DNA from: a bacterium
Lineage (GTDB): Bacteria > Patescibacteriota > Minisyncoccia > Phycocordibacterales > DATDWN01
Assembly: GCA_037134875.1 (NCBI GenBank)
Contig: JBAXLH010000001.1
Coordinates: 106,646 to 170,645, forward strand
DNA length: 64,000 nt
Direction: 5' to 3'
The notes beneath the pieces are model-generated. The model made no database searches. It saw only the letters and a list, made by a program, of their open reading frames with translations, and was not told the origin of the DNA. Position 1 is the stretch's first letter. The number at the start of each line of letters is the position of its first letter. Below are positions 10,174 through 19,699 of this stretch, piece after piece. Both the position numbers and the translations under genes were made by a program.

Positions 10174-11370
10174 ATGGACAATATATACAATTCTAGTGAT
10201 CTAGAACGCAAAGATTACAATGTTTCTCTCGGCGACGAAAAAAAGTTTTTAACCGAGCTTGCACAGAGGACAGATACAGAGGCACGCAGAATGGAGCGAT
10301 ACCTTGCGATGGCAGATCTCGCACGCACACAGGACAGCCCCCTTTCAGAAATCATAAACAAAGTTCTCGGTCTCCCAACATTCAAAAAATTCCACAACAT
10401 TCACATTCCGGAGATTGTACCCGCATCAGAGAGTTTTGATCTCTTTGACTTCCCTGCAAATCATCCCGCACGAAGCAAGTCAGACACATACTATGTAGAC
10501 GAAAAAAATATTTTGCGTACTCACACAACAGTGATGTGGTATTACTATTTCGGTCTGCCAGAAATCAAAGAGAAGCTCAAAGCGCGCAAACCTCTCGGTG
10601 TTGTTTCATACGGAAAAGTATATCGCAAGGACGAGATCGATCGCAGACATATGAACATCTTCCACCAGATCGACGGACTCTTTGTGTGCCCAAAAGATAT
10701 GCACACAATCACACAGCAAGACCTCAAAAATGTTTTGATCGAGGTTGCTCAGGGAGTATTCGGCGAAAAAATAAAATACAGATTTAATCCAGACACATTT
10801 CCATACACGTGGGATAGTTTGGAAATGGAAGTTGATAAAAACAGTTTGAATGATGAAAAGAAAGACGAGGAATGGGTAGAGGTGCTCGGCGCCGGTATTG
10901 TACAGCCGACAGTTTTGGAAAAGCTCGGTGTGGACTCATCTGTCTACAACGGCTGGGCATTCGGCTTTGGTCTCGAGCGACTTGCGATCATCAGTATGGA
11001 ACTCCCCGACATTCGCCTCCTTTGGTCACAAGATGAGAAGGTTAAAAAACAACTCAAAATGGGAAACAAGTTTGTGGAGGTTTCAAAATACCCAGCAATT
11101 GTTCGCGACATCTCTTTTGTGGTCAAAAATGACTTCATCCCAAACAACTATTTTGACCTTGTTCGTGATGTTGCCGGCGATCTCGCCGAAGAGGTTCTGC
11201 TACTAGACAAATACGAAAATACAGAAAAATTTGGAGCTGGAAATGTGAGCTATGCGTACCGAATCACATACAGATCTCTGGATCGCACACTGACTAGCGC
11301 CGAAATCGACGCTCTGCACAAAAAACTCGAGGAAATCACTGCCTCTACATACCAAGCCAAAATCCGCTAG
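10174..11370 (+). CDS. pheS: phenylalanyl-tRNA synthetase, single-chain mitochondrial-type (PheS catalytic core + C-terminal FDX-ACB anticodon-binding domain)
   Basis: Class II motifs FPANHPARSKSDTYY, LRTHTT, YRKDEIDRRHMNIFHQ, GWAFGFGLERLAI. C-terminal KYPAIVRDISFVV...YAYRITYRSLDRTLT matches FDX-ACB. No pheT adjacent. Confidence 0.8.
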   Translation: MDNIYNSSDLERKDYNVSLGDEKKFLTELAQRTDTEARRMERYLAMADLARTQDSPLSEIINKVLGLPTFKKFHNIHIPEIVPASESFDLFDFPANHPARSKSDTYYVDEKNILRTHTTVMWYYYFGLPEIKEKLKARKPLGVVSYGKVYRKDEIDRRHMNIFHQIDGLFVCPKDMHTITQQDLKNVLIEVAQGVFGEKIKYRFNPDTFPYTWDSLEMEVDKNSLNDEKKDEEWVEVLGAGIVQPTVLEKLGVDSSVYNGWAFGFGLERLAIISMELPDIRLLWSQDEKVKKQLKMGNKFVEVSKYPAIVRDISFVVKNDFIPNNYFDLVRDVAGDLAEEVLLLDKYENTEKFGAGNVSYAYRITYRSLDRTLTSAEIDALHKKLEEITASTYQAKIR

Positions 11371-11414
11371 AGAGATTGAAAAATGAGTGAAAACGTGATA
11401 TATTTGTAAAAATT

Positions 11415-12659
11415 ATGGAGTTACAAAATTACCCTCTGTATGTTTTTCTATTTCTCTCACTTTATTTTGAGGTTTTTTTGCTTATCACCTACTTTGAAAA
11501 GAGAGTTGACTTGAAGGAGGAAAATCTGCGATCCAAACGAGCTATCAGAAAATATCCAACGGTTACCATAATGGTTCCATGCTGGAATGAAGAAAAAACA
11601 CTTTCCAAAACAATCCATTCCCTTCTCAATTTAAACTACCCGAAAGACAAGCTAAAAATAATGATTATTGATGACGGCTCAACTGACAATACATGGAGTG
11701 TGGCACAAAAGTTTGCGGGCAAAAAACAAGTCGAACTATATCACAAAGAAAATGGTGGAAAATACACCGCACTCAACTTTGGACTTTCAAAAGTGACTTC
11801 TGATCTCGTTGGATGTCTCGATGCTGACTCGTATGTGGACAAAGATGCTCTCAAAAATATCGTCATTTATTTTGAAGACAAAGAGACAATGGCCGTAACT
11901 CCGAGCGTCAAAGTCTGGAAACCAAAAACAATCATCCAACTCATACAAAAAGTCGAATACGGCTGGGGAATTTTTGTTCGAAAACTTCTTTCATATATTG
12001 GCGCAATGTATGTCACTCCTGGACCATTTTCAATATTCAGACGTGAAGTTTTTGAAAACCTTGGAGGATACCGACATGCTCACCAGACCGAGGATATGGA
12101 ACTCGCCGTTCGTATGCAATCAAACCATTACAAAATAGTAAATTCTCACAACGCGGTCGTGTACACAGTTGCACCAAGTACATTTTGGAAACTCTACAAA
12201 CAGCGTCTGCGATGGACCAACGGCTTCATACACAATGTTGTCGACTACAAACATTTATTTTTCAAAAAAGAATATGGCAACCTCGGTGTATTTATTCTAC
12301 CCATGGCAACACTTTCTATTCTCTCTGCTATTTATGTACTCAGTGTCACGGTTATCAGTATCGTAACAAAAATAATAAATGAGATAATAAAAATCCGGAC
12401 AGTCGGTCTCGACTTTCACTTTGATGGATTTAGTTTTGACTGGTTTTATATAAATACACAAGTTATGGCAATCGGTTCTCTCGTCGCACTCTTGGGTACA
12501 ATTATTATCATACTGCTCTCCCGCAAAATGGCCGAGGGCAAAGTCAGATTTGGACTTGATTTGGTTTACTTTTTTGCGCTCTATGCCCTCATAGCTCCGA
12601 TTTGGATGGCAAAAGCACTTTATAATTCACTGTTTGCTGTTAAAACTACCTGGAGATAA
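11415..12659 (+). CDS. family-2 glycosyltransferase, processive membrane-embedded type
   Basis: DDGSTDNT (DxD-region) and QRLRWTNG (QxxRW). TM helices at both ends. Confidence 0.75.
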   Translation: MELQNYPLYVFLFLSLYFEVFLLITYFEKRVDLKEENLRSKRAIRKYPTVTIMVPCWNEEKTLSKTIHSLLNLNYPKDKLKIMIIDDGSTDNTWSVAQKFAGKKQVELYHKENGGKYTALNFGLSKVTSDLVGCLDADSYVDKDALKNIVIYFEDKETMAVTPSVKVWKPKTIIQLIQKVEYGWGIFVRKLLSYIGAMYVTPGPFSIFRREVFENLGGYRHAHQTEDMELAVRMQSNHYKIVNSHNAVVYTVAPSTFWKLYKQRLRWTNGFIHNVVDYKHLFFKKEYGNLGVFILPMATLSILSAIYVLSVTVISIVTKIINEIIKIRTVGLDFHFDGFSFDWFYINTQVMAIGSLVALLGTIIIILLSRKMAEGKVRFGLDLVYFFALYALIAPIWMAKALYNSLFAVKTTWR

Positions 12660-12664
12660 ATTAT

Positions 12665-13384
12665 ATGGAACACAACAAAATTGATTGGAAAAAATATCTG
12701 TTTACTTTTATTATCACTGCAATTATTTTTGCAACGGCTATTTATTTGAGTAATTATTTCAACCAGAAAAAAATAGATGAAATCCGTGGTATTCAAGACA
12801 AAATTTCGATAGACATTCTTTCGAGTGAGACACAATTTTCACTTTTGGAAGATTCTTCCTGTGCAAATATTGGAGGATCCAGTGCCCTATCGACCGAGCT
12901 CGGCACACTGGAGGAAAAGCTGACATACGCAGAAAAAAATAATAGTGTAAATGATACAGATATTCAGACTCTCAAGAGATACTACTCACTTTTGGAAATC
13001 AAAGACTATATACTGATGAACAAGATTAGTGAAAAATGTAAAAAGACACCGCTCACAATTATCTATTTCTATTCCACAAAAAATGACTGTTCTGATTGTG
13101 AAAAAGAGGGATATGTGTTGACACAACTCCGCCAGGATTATCCAGAGTTACGCGTCTATTCATTTGACTACGATCTCGACCTCTCCGCCGTAAAAACGTT
13201 TATATCTATTTACAAAGTGGAGAACAAACTTCCAGTAGTCTTTATCAAAGGCAAACCATACTACGGCTTTCAAAGTATTGATGATATAGAAAAAGCTATG
13301 CCAGAACTTTTGGTTCTCAAAGCAGAGAAAAATGCATCTAGCACGACAGCAACAACAACTCAAAGTAAGCCGATAAAAAAATAA
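12665..13384 (+). CDS. hypothetical membrane-anchored thioredoxin-fold-like protein (CxxC)
   Basis: N-terminal TM helix. CSDC motif in a thioredoxin-like context (YFYSTKNDCSDCEK). Start is 6 nt after the glycosyltransferase stop. Confidence 0.4.
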   Translation: MEHNKIDWKKYLFTFIITAIIFATAIYLSNYFNQKKIDEIRGIQDKISIDILSSETQFSLLEDSSCANIGGSSALSTELGTLEEKLTYAEKNNSVNDTDIQTLKRYYSLLEIKDYILMNKISEKCKKTPLTIIYFYSTKNDCSDCEKEGYVLTQLRQDYPELRVYSFDYDLDLSAVKTFISIYKVENKLPVVFIKGKPYYGFQSIDDIEKAMPELLVLKAEKNASSTTATTTQSKPIKK

Positions 13385-13385
13385 T

Positions 13386-14087
13386 ATGGACTCATTCCCA
13401 ATGCGGATAAACAAATACTTGGCTCACAAGGGTGTGGCGACACGCACCGGTGTTGACGAACTCATCAAATCGAGCAAAGTACTCATCAACGGCAAAATCG
13501 CCAAACTCGGCGACAAGGTTTTGGAAACCGACAAAGTAGAGGTGCGAGAAAAACATATCAAAAAAGATTACGTGTATCTCGCCTACAACAAACCCGTCGG
13601 CGTCGTCACTGCAAATCCCCAAGGAGATGAAAAAGATATTATAAGCTCGATTGCATCAGAGAAGAAAGTTTTTCCTGTCGGCCGACTCGACAAGGATTCT
13701 CACGGACTCATTATTTTGACAAACGATGGCAGAATTACTGACAGACTACTCAATCCAATGTACGACCACGAAAAAGAATATGTGGTAGAGACCGACAGAC
13801 CATTTACTCCCGCATTTTTGAAACATATACAAGACGGCGTAGTGATTGACGACTACACAACACAAAAGGCAAAAGCAAAAAAACTCGGTGATACAAAGTT
13901 TAGCCTCATTTTGACTGAGGGAAAAAATAGACAAATCCGCAAAATGGTTGACCGCCTCGGCTACACAGTGATCGATCTCAAACGAATTCGTATCCAAAAT
14001 ATCAAACTAGAAAAAATCCCCGCAAACTCCTACCGACAAATCGTCGGCGAAGAAAAAGAAACATTTTTGAAATCAATAGGATTGTGA
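13386..14087 (+). CDS. pseudouridine synthase, RsuA/RluB family (S4 domain + catalytic domain)
   Basis: S4-like N-terminus (INKYLAHKGVATR) and catalytic motif GRLDKDSHGLIILTNDG. Confidence 0.8.
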   Translation: MDSFPMRINKYLAHKGVATRTGVDELIKSSKVLINGKIAKLGDKVLETDKVEVREKHIKKDYVYLAYNKPVGVVTANPQGDEKDIISSIASEKKVFPVGRLDKDSHGLIILTNDGRITDRLLNPMYDHEKEYVVETDRPFTPAFLKHIQDGVVIDDYTTQKAKAKKLGDTKFSLILTEGKNRQIRKMVDRLGYTVIDLKRIRIQNIKLEKIPANSYRQIVGEEKETFLKSIGL

Positions 14088-14090
14088 TAT

Positions 14091-14753
14091 TTATTTTAAT
14101 TGTGAAATTTCTCCAACAATTTTTTCAATGTTTGGAAATTCTCGCTCAAAAATCTCAGAAATTTTATCTGCACCTTCCGGGTTTCTTTGAAGTCTCTTAT
14201 TGTCGGGAAAGAATTTGTTCATTATTAAATCTACCACTCTCTCTTTAGTCCAATGATCTATTTTGTATTTTTTAATTAAATGCTCAATAGTTAAATGCAC
14301 AATTTCGTGAGCAATGGTAAATGATGATCTGTTTGTTTGATTTAGATTCAGTTGAATACGATTTGGTGTTCCATAACTACCACCAGTTCCATATTTAGTA
14401 ATAGAGAGAAAATATTTTTTTTGCAGTGGTAAATTGAGAGTTTTCAGATTTTGAAAAAAACCTTCTTTTATTTTATCCCATTCTTTTTTTGTCTGTGATA
14501 TTTCTTTTTCATTAACAGAAGTATCAAATTCACTTTTAACTGCGTCAGAAATATCGTCCTCCGTTATACTTTCTCCACTATCTAATTTTTCTTGTATAGC
14601 TTTTGGATATGTTGGCTCATATCTATTTTCTTTATACCAACTATATTTACTACACAAATATTTTACACGATTTATTTCATCCTTAACTAGGCAACCAAAA
14701 ACCACTTCAATTGATGATTCTGATTTTTGTGTAGAAGTATTTTCGATTATCAT
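14091..14753 (-). CDS. hypothetical protein with HExxH (putative zinc metallopeptidase)
   Basis: IAHEIVHLTIEH motif. No other similarity recognised. Confidence 0.45.
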   Translation of the reverse strand: MIIENTSTQKSESSIEVVFGCLVKDEINRVKYLCSKYSWYKENRYEPTYPKAIQEKLDSGESITEDDISDAVKSEFDTSVNEKEISQTKKEWDKIKEGFFQNLKTLNLPLQKKYFLSITKYGTGGSYGTPNRIQLNLNQTNRSSFTIAHEIVHLTIEHLIKKYKIDHWTKERVVDLIMNKFFPDNKRLQRNPEGADKISEIFEREFPNIEKIVGEISQLK

Positions 14754-14783
14754 AATTTTATTTTATAAATAACATCAACAATA

Positions 14784-15287
14784 TTATCCTAATATTTTAT
14801 TAAAAAACGCGTATTTTTTTCTCATATACTCTTTGAAATCGATCGGGCCATACGGCATTTTTGTTTGTTCGTATTCACCTCGTAATCCTTTGTTTTGTGA
14901 AAGCATTTCAAATACACGAATCTGATCTTGTAGATTTGGTGAATTTTTGTCAGTCAAATATAATTCAACATCAAAACCTTCCTCTACAAATTCCCATTTG
15001 ATCGATGTTCCTTTTCGTTTTGGCTTACCAAATAATTTTTCAACGATTGGAAAATATTCATCATACTTTTTTGGAACTGTAAGAATATTTATATCTATAT
15101 CATTTTGTCCGGCTATCCCTAGTGCAGCTGCACCACCAAAATGAATCTGCAAGTCAGGCAACACTTTTTGCAAATTACCTACTATTTTTCTCGCAACTTC
15201 CTGAACTTTTGGATCAAATGGTTTTACGACAATAACCTTTCCATCTGGAAGTGTTGAAAGATATTTTTCTTGTGATTCTTTTATCAT
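14784..15287 (-). CDS. GrpB-family (UPF0157) nucleotidyltransferase-fold protein
   Basis: HFGGAAALGIAGQNDIDI resembles the GrpB HIGSTAVPGL...IDI signature. Confidence 0.55.
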   Translation of the reverse strand: MIKESQEKYLSTLPDGKVIVVKPFDPKVQEVARKIVGNLQKVLPDLQIHFGGAAALGIAGQNDIDINILTVPKKYDEYFPIVEKLFGKPKRKGTSIKWEFVEEGFDVELYLTDKNSPNLQDQIRVFEMLSQNKGLRGEYEQTKMPYGPIDFKEYMRKKYAFFNKILG

Positions 15288-15365
15288 AATTATTCATAGT
15301 ATACCATTTTTATATATCAGGCTAACATCAGAGAAATTATACCCAGCTTGTAGTAGAATATGTGA

Positions 15366-15530
15366 ATGGAAAGAAAAAAACTTGTATGGTTTGGACTTTT
15401 TGTAGGATCAGCTCTGGGAGGATTCATTCCAACTCTCTGGGGAGATAGTGCTTTTTCAATGAGCTCTGTGTTTGGCACTGCTATTGGCGGATTTGTTGGC
15501 ATCTGGGCTGGTTGGAAAATCGGAGAGTAA
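15366..15530 (+). CDS. small glycine-zipper membrane protein (54 aa), not in the supplied ORF track
   Basis: ATG at 15366. MERKKLVWFGLFVGSALGGFIPTLWGDSAFSMSSVFGTAIGGFVGIWAGWKIGE. Repeated GxxxG pattern. The antisense 15317..15502 ORF is probably spurious. Confidence 0.4.
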   Translation: MERKKLVWFGLFVGSALGGFIPTLWGDSAFSMSSVFGTAIGGFVGIWAGWKIGE

Positions 15531-15544
15531 CATTTTATAAAAAT

Positions 15545-16561
15545 TTACATAACAAAAGGGAGTAACTCTTTAATCTGGTTAGCCTCCAGACTGTATGCTC
15601 GTACAAACGAGTCATCTACATGAGCATACAAAATCCCGTGACCATTTTCCGTCTCCACAAACTGACTGGCAAATGTAATTGTTGTTGCCTCACTATCTAT
15701 GATAAGTGGCTCGGGAGACACCCAATCTATTTTGCCGTGCTCATAGTCGTATATAAATAGTCCAACAGAAAACATTCCATATTTTGTTTTGCCTCCGATT
15801 TTTTTATTCGCTTCCCGTCCATTTAATATTCCCACAAGTTTGTTTTCTCCGACGTCAATAAATGTTTTCGGCAAAAATGGTCCAGGAGATGCGTGTCCAC
15901 CAATCCACGAAATATTATGATCCTCTGGATTAAATATTGTTTCGCCAAATTCCCATGGCTTTCCCATATCATGAGCAATAGCTACTCTGACCGTCGAGTA
16001 TGTCCAGTGTTTTCCTTTTTTACTCGATTCAATGAGATTAAGTCTCACACCTTTGCTGTTTACTGGAGCGATAGATAATTCCTTTGCACTACCATCACCC
16101 GTATCAACCAACGTCGGCTCTGTCATTTCGAGAGAATCAATATTTTTTCCGACAGCATGCCCGAGATTGATAGAAAAATGATCTTTGTGTTTGTGCTTGG
16201 TCGGCAGGGTAAAATAGACATGCATCAAATCAGTTTTTTCATCAATCCAAATGTCAGGATCCTCAAGTCCAATAAAATCTCCGTCTTTTCCTGTAAATTT
16301 TTGTATTATTTCTTCCTGATTTTTTATTACGATTTTTTCGCCAATATCAAAATGTTCTAAAGAGCTACCTGTAGCTTTGTACAAAGCACTTCTGTCGACG
16401 TATCCTCCGACCGAGACATCTCCCTCACGACTCAAAATGCATCTGACAATTCCCTCCGTGTAGCCTGTTCTAGGGTCGAGAGCAATAGCCATGACGTGTT
16501 CAAAACGGCTACCAGCCTCTACCACTTTCCCCGAATGTTCAAGGTATGATTGTATTTCCAT
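15545..16561 (-). CDS. hypothetical beta-propeller glycosidase/phosphorylase-like protein (GH130/GH43-like)
   Basis: Acidic EDP-containing blades (GLEDPDIW, FNPEDHN). Weak assignment. Confidence 0.35.
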   Translation of the reverse strand: MEIQSYLEHSGKVVEAGSRFEHVMAIALDPRTGYTEGIVRCILSREGDVSVGGYVDRSALYKATGSSLEHFDIGEKIVIKNQEEIIQKFTGKDGDFIGLEDPDIWIDEKTDLMHVYFTLPTKHKHKDHFSINLGHAVGKNIDSLEMTEPTLVDTGDGSAKELSIAPVNSKGVRLNLIESSKKGKHWTYSTVRVAIAHDMGKPWEFGETIFNPEDHNISWIGGHASPGPFLPKTFIDVGENKLVGILNGREANKKIGGKTKYGMFSVGLFIYDYEHGKIDWVSPEPLIIDSEATTITFASQFVETENGHGILYAHVDDSFVRAYSLEANQIKELLPFVM

Positions 16562-16570
16562 ATGTTTGTT

Positions 16571-17359
16571 TTATTGAATTAAATTTTTCCAATACTCAAC
16601 AAGTTTTTCTTTTTCGGCGTCGTCCAAAACTCCTTTGATACGTGGGTCTATTATATTTTTTGACCAGAGCTTGTATCCACCAGAGAAAACTTTATCAACC
16701 ATTTCGGAATACATTTTAAATTTTTCTTTTACAGATGAGGCTCTGAGACACGTCGTGTAGAGAGTGTAAAATTCTAGATCATTTTCTTTCAAATATTTTA
16801 CAACTTGCTTTTCCCCTCTCCACGGAATATTTCTGAATTCAAAATAACCCATAAAAACAGTATACGTATCCTGTAACAACTTGAGCTCTAATGCTTCCAA
16901 GTATTCCGGGTTGCCCGACTCAAAATATCTTCTGTTTGTAATATATCCAGAACTTATAAGTGACTGAAATTTCTTCATCTCGGCCACCGGCACCTGCATT
17001 TTCTTTTTGAGATTAGGCACCATTTCTTTCATGCGAGTCGCAGTACCCGATTTATCAAACTCAATATTCGCTTTTGCCAGCCAATCCACGAGCACCGCAT
17101 CCATTGTGTTGGCCGGTATCTCTGCGTCTGACATTAATTTCTCGAGAAGTGGAATATCATAGAAAAATATGTCGGCAGGTATGTCCTCAATAAATTGAAA
17201 AAGTGAGAAGAGTTTTTGTGTGTTTTCTTTGAAAATAATAACGAGATCAATATCACTGTATGGCTTTTCCTCTCCAATCCCTCGTGATCCTGTAACAAAT
17301 ACAGCATCTACTTCGTCTTTCAGTTTGAGTGCTTGAATTAGGTTTTGTAAATTTTGCAT
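16571..17359 (-). CDS. nucleotidyltransferase-domain protein (Lnu/ANT-like minimal NTase + helical C-domain)
   Basis: GS-x9-DxD signature: VFVTGSRGIGEEKPYSDIDLVII. Confidence 0.55.
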   Translation of the reverse strand: MQNLQNLIQALKLKDEVDAVFVTGSRGIGEEKPYSDIDLVIIFKENTQKLFSLFQFIEDIPADIFFYDIPLLEKLMSDAEIPANTMDAVLVDWLAKANIEFDKSGTATRMKEMVPNLKKKMQVPVAEMKKFQSLISSGYITNRRYFESGNPEYLEALELKLLQDTYTVFMGYFEFRNIPWRGEKQVVKYLKENDLEFYTLYTTCLRASSVKEKFKMYSEMVDKVFSGGYKLWSKNIIDPRIKGVLDDAEKEKLVEYWKNLIQ

Positions 17360-17422
17360 ACGTATATGATACCAGATTAAAGAAAATTTGTTTTGTGTAC
17401 ATTATTATTAAAAAATATTGTT

Positions 17423-17851
17423 ATGAATACTCAAGAAGAAAATAAAAATCTCGTCAAAAGATTTGTTGAAGAAGTAAAGAATCAGAGAAAGCTTGATAGA
17501 ATGGAAAATTATTTTGCAACTGACTATGTTGAACACAATCAGACTGTGGCCTCGTTTGGTCCGAGCATAGAAGGCTACCAAAAATTTCTTGGACACCTGT
17601 TTACTGCTTTCCCGGATGACGTCTTGAAACTGGAAATGATTTTGGCAGATGGGGATATGGTCTCATACAGAGCCACGGAGTCTGGTAGTCACCAAGATAC
17701 CTTTCTCGGCATACCAGCTACAAAAAAGTCAGCAGTCTGGACCGAGATTCAATTCTTTAAAATAAAGAATGGCAAAATAGTGGAACATTGGGTGGACGTA
17801 GATATATATTCTTGGTTTATGCAACTCGGGGTTATTCCAAGTAATACCTAA
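17423..17851 (+). CDS. SnoaL-like ester cyclase (NTF2-fold)
   Basis: Predicted ester-cyclase signature (DYVEHN...). Start taken at MNTQEENKN. Confidence 0.65.
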   Translation: MNTQEENKNLVKRFVEEVKNQRKLDRMENYFATDYVEHNQTVASFGPSIEGYQKFLGHLFTAFPDDVLKLEMILADGDMVSYRATESGSHQDTFLGIPATKKSAVWTEIQFFKIKNGKIVEHWVDVDIYSWFMQLGVIPSNT

Positions 17852-18492
17852 AAGGTGTTGCCGGTATTCAAAACAGTATCAGTTTTTGGCTCAACTTTTC
17901 GTACACTCTTAAAAAACACGGCGCAATTGTAGACAACCTGAATAAATACAAGTAGACAAACAGCGAGAATCGGTTTGTGAGTTATTCCAAACACAGCTGA
18001 GCCAAAAATCACAGTAAACTGTAGGAAAAAAATTCTTGCATACAATGTGTTCAGTTCTTTTCTTGCATTCTTACTTTTATTTGAAAGTGGCGGTTCGTAC
18101 TCCTGATTTTTTATAAAATAAAAAAGTTCGTATGCGTAATTTAACAACACAAGAAAAATACCAAGCGAGATCGATCCTAAAGCGCTAGACAATATTGTCT
18201 TGACTTGTGCCCATTCAAGCTGGGTCACTCCATTGAAAATCAATGTAGAAATAACAAGATGAATATAAATAAAGAAAATCAGTGGCACAGTCACAAACAT
18301 TACAAACAAGGCAAACCATTGACCTTTTATAACCCTAAAAAGTAATTTTGCTTGAAATGTGAGAAAAATAATAAGCGTCTCAAACCAAAAAATAAGTATA
18401 GTGTTGAATGGACTCCAACCGAGAAAAAACAGACCATACAAAGGAAAGAGGTTTGAGGCGAGCATAAGCAGAAACCGAATTGCATTTCGCAT
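17848..18492 (-). CDS. hypothetical polytopic membrane protein
   Basis: Five or more hydrophobic helices. No motif. Confidence 0.45.
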   Translation of the reverse strand: MRNAIRFLLMLASNLFPLYGLFFLGWSPFNTILIFWFETLIIFLTFQAKLLFRVIKGQWFALFVMFVTVPLIFFIYIHLVISTLIFNGVTQLEWAQVKTILSSALGSISLGIFLVLLNYAYELFYFIKNQEYEPPLSNKSKNARKELNTLYARIFFLQFTVIFGSAVFGITHKPILAVCLLVFIQVVYNCAVFFKSVRKVEPKTDTVLNTGNTF

Positions 18493-18552
18493 AAATTAAT
18501 TATAGCAAAATATAAAAAAATACTCACCAAGCTATTGCTAGCTGGTGAGTTA

Positions 18553-18975
18553 TTATACAGTGATGTCGGTAACCATCTCGTCGTCCCAGACAACTTCATT
18601 GTCCGGAATAGCGAGATTGCGTTCCCATTCAACTGGCTCACTGTCCGCCAAAATATGTTCCATAAATTCTTTTTGCGGGTCTTCCGACTTGCTATCCTTT
18701 AGTCTCCAACCCCTCAGAACAAAAGCAACAAAACTCATATGACGAGAATGTCGCATGTATGCCTGATAGTCCTCAACGGACCTAAAAGAAACAAAAAGTG
18801 CAACATCGTATTGATTATTTCCGACAACTCGGACGAAGTCGACAACTCGACCAACCCAGAAGTCCTTCACGAGTAGCGGAATATCTTTGAGCCATTTTGT
18901 GGCTTCATTGATTATCAGATCCACAGCCTGTGGATTGCCAGGGTAGGCTTTATAAAAAACGATGTGCAAGATCAT
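18553..18975 (-). CDS. hypothetical protein (possible Dabb/stress-responsive alpha-beta barrel)
   Basis: Size and pattern only. Confidence 0.3.
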   Translation of the reverse strand: MILHIVFYKAYPGNPQAVDLIINEATKWLKDIPLLVKDFWVGRVVDFVRVVGNNQYDVALFVSFRSVEDYQAYMRHSRHMSFVAFVLRGWRLKDSKSEDPQKEFMEHILADSEPVEWERNLAIPDNEVVWDDEMVTDITV

Positions 18976-18982
18976 TTTCGTT

Positions 18983-19252
18983 TTAGACAGATTGGATGAA
19001 TACCAAATGAAGAGAAGAAGTATTCACCCATGTGTCTTTGACGCTATTATTGCCCGGATAGGTCCGGTTGTTTGTCATGAGAACCATCGTGCCATCCACG
19101 GCCGACACGGTGGCCTTATAGGGATTAGGCATAAATTTGTCCCGTTCCCAAGCCAGGATAGAATATAAAACTTCCTTACCTATCAAACTCGTGAGATTCA
19201 TGTTTTTTCTCCGCGGAAAACTATACCATATACAGAAAAAAACACAAGGCAT
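18983..19252 (-). CDS. hypothetical small protein
   Basis: ORF only. Confidence 0.25.
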   Translation of the reverse strand: MPCVFFCIWYSFPRRKNMNLTSLIGKEVLYSILAWERDKFMPNPYKATVSAVDGTMVLMTNNRTYPGNNSVKDTWVNTSSLHLVFIQSV

Positions 19253-19266
19253 ACATAAAACCCTCT

Positions 19267-19680
19267 TTACTTTGTATTCAAAAATGCATCTATCAGCTCG
19301 ATATCCTTCATATCCTTTTCCCTACCGAGTTTCAGTTTTATCTTTTTCAAATGCTCGAGGTTTATAAACTTCACACCGTGAAAAGTGTCTGCATGCCCAA
19401 ACATTTCCTCGAGTGGCACTATTTCTGAGTTGCCAAATACCGATTGATGCGGAGAGAGAATTTCAATATCATCTGGGAGAACAACACGATCTACACCACT
19501 TTGACTGACAACCGGATATTTCGTAATAAGCTCGTCCCACAACTCCTGCGTCACAACAACATCTATATCTTTTGCCTCCCGTATTCCCCGCACAGCGAGC
19601 GCACCAGAACTCACAACTAAAAACTGACCTGCCGACAGATTTAGTTTTTTCAAATTTGAGAGCTGAGTGGAGAAATCCAT
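19267..19680 (-). CDS. hypothetical minimal nucleotidyltransferase-like protein
   Basis: SSGALAVRGIREAKDIDVVV fits the G[SG]-x(9-13)-DxD NTase signature. Confidence 0.35.
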   Translation of the reverse strand: MDFSTQLSNLKKLNLSAGQFLVVSSGALAVRGIREAKDIDVVVTQELWDELITKYPVVSQSGVDRVVLPDDIEILSPHQSVFGNSEIVPLEEMFGHADTFHGVKFINLEHLKKIKLKLGREKDMKDIELIDAFLNTK

Positions 19681-19699
19681 AAATTAAAATAGTTTCTAC

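Noticed and set aside
15317-15502. Supplied 61-aa minus-strand ORF
   Set aside because: It is antisense to a more convincing 54-aa glycine-zipper membrane ORF (15366-15530, + strand) and has a low-complexity Pro-rich translation.
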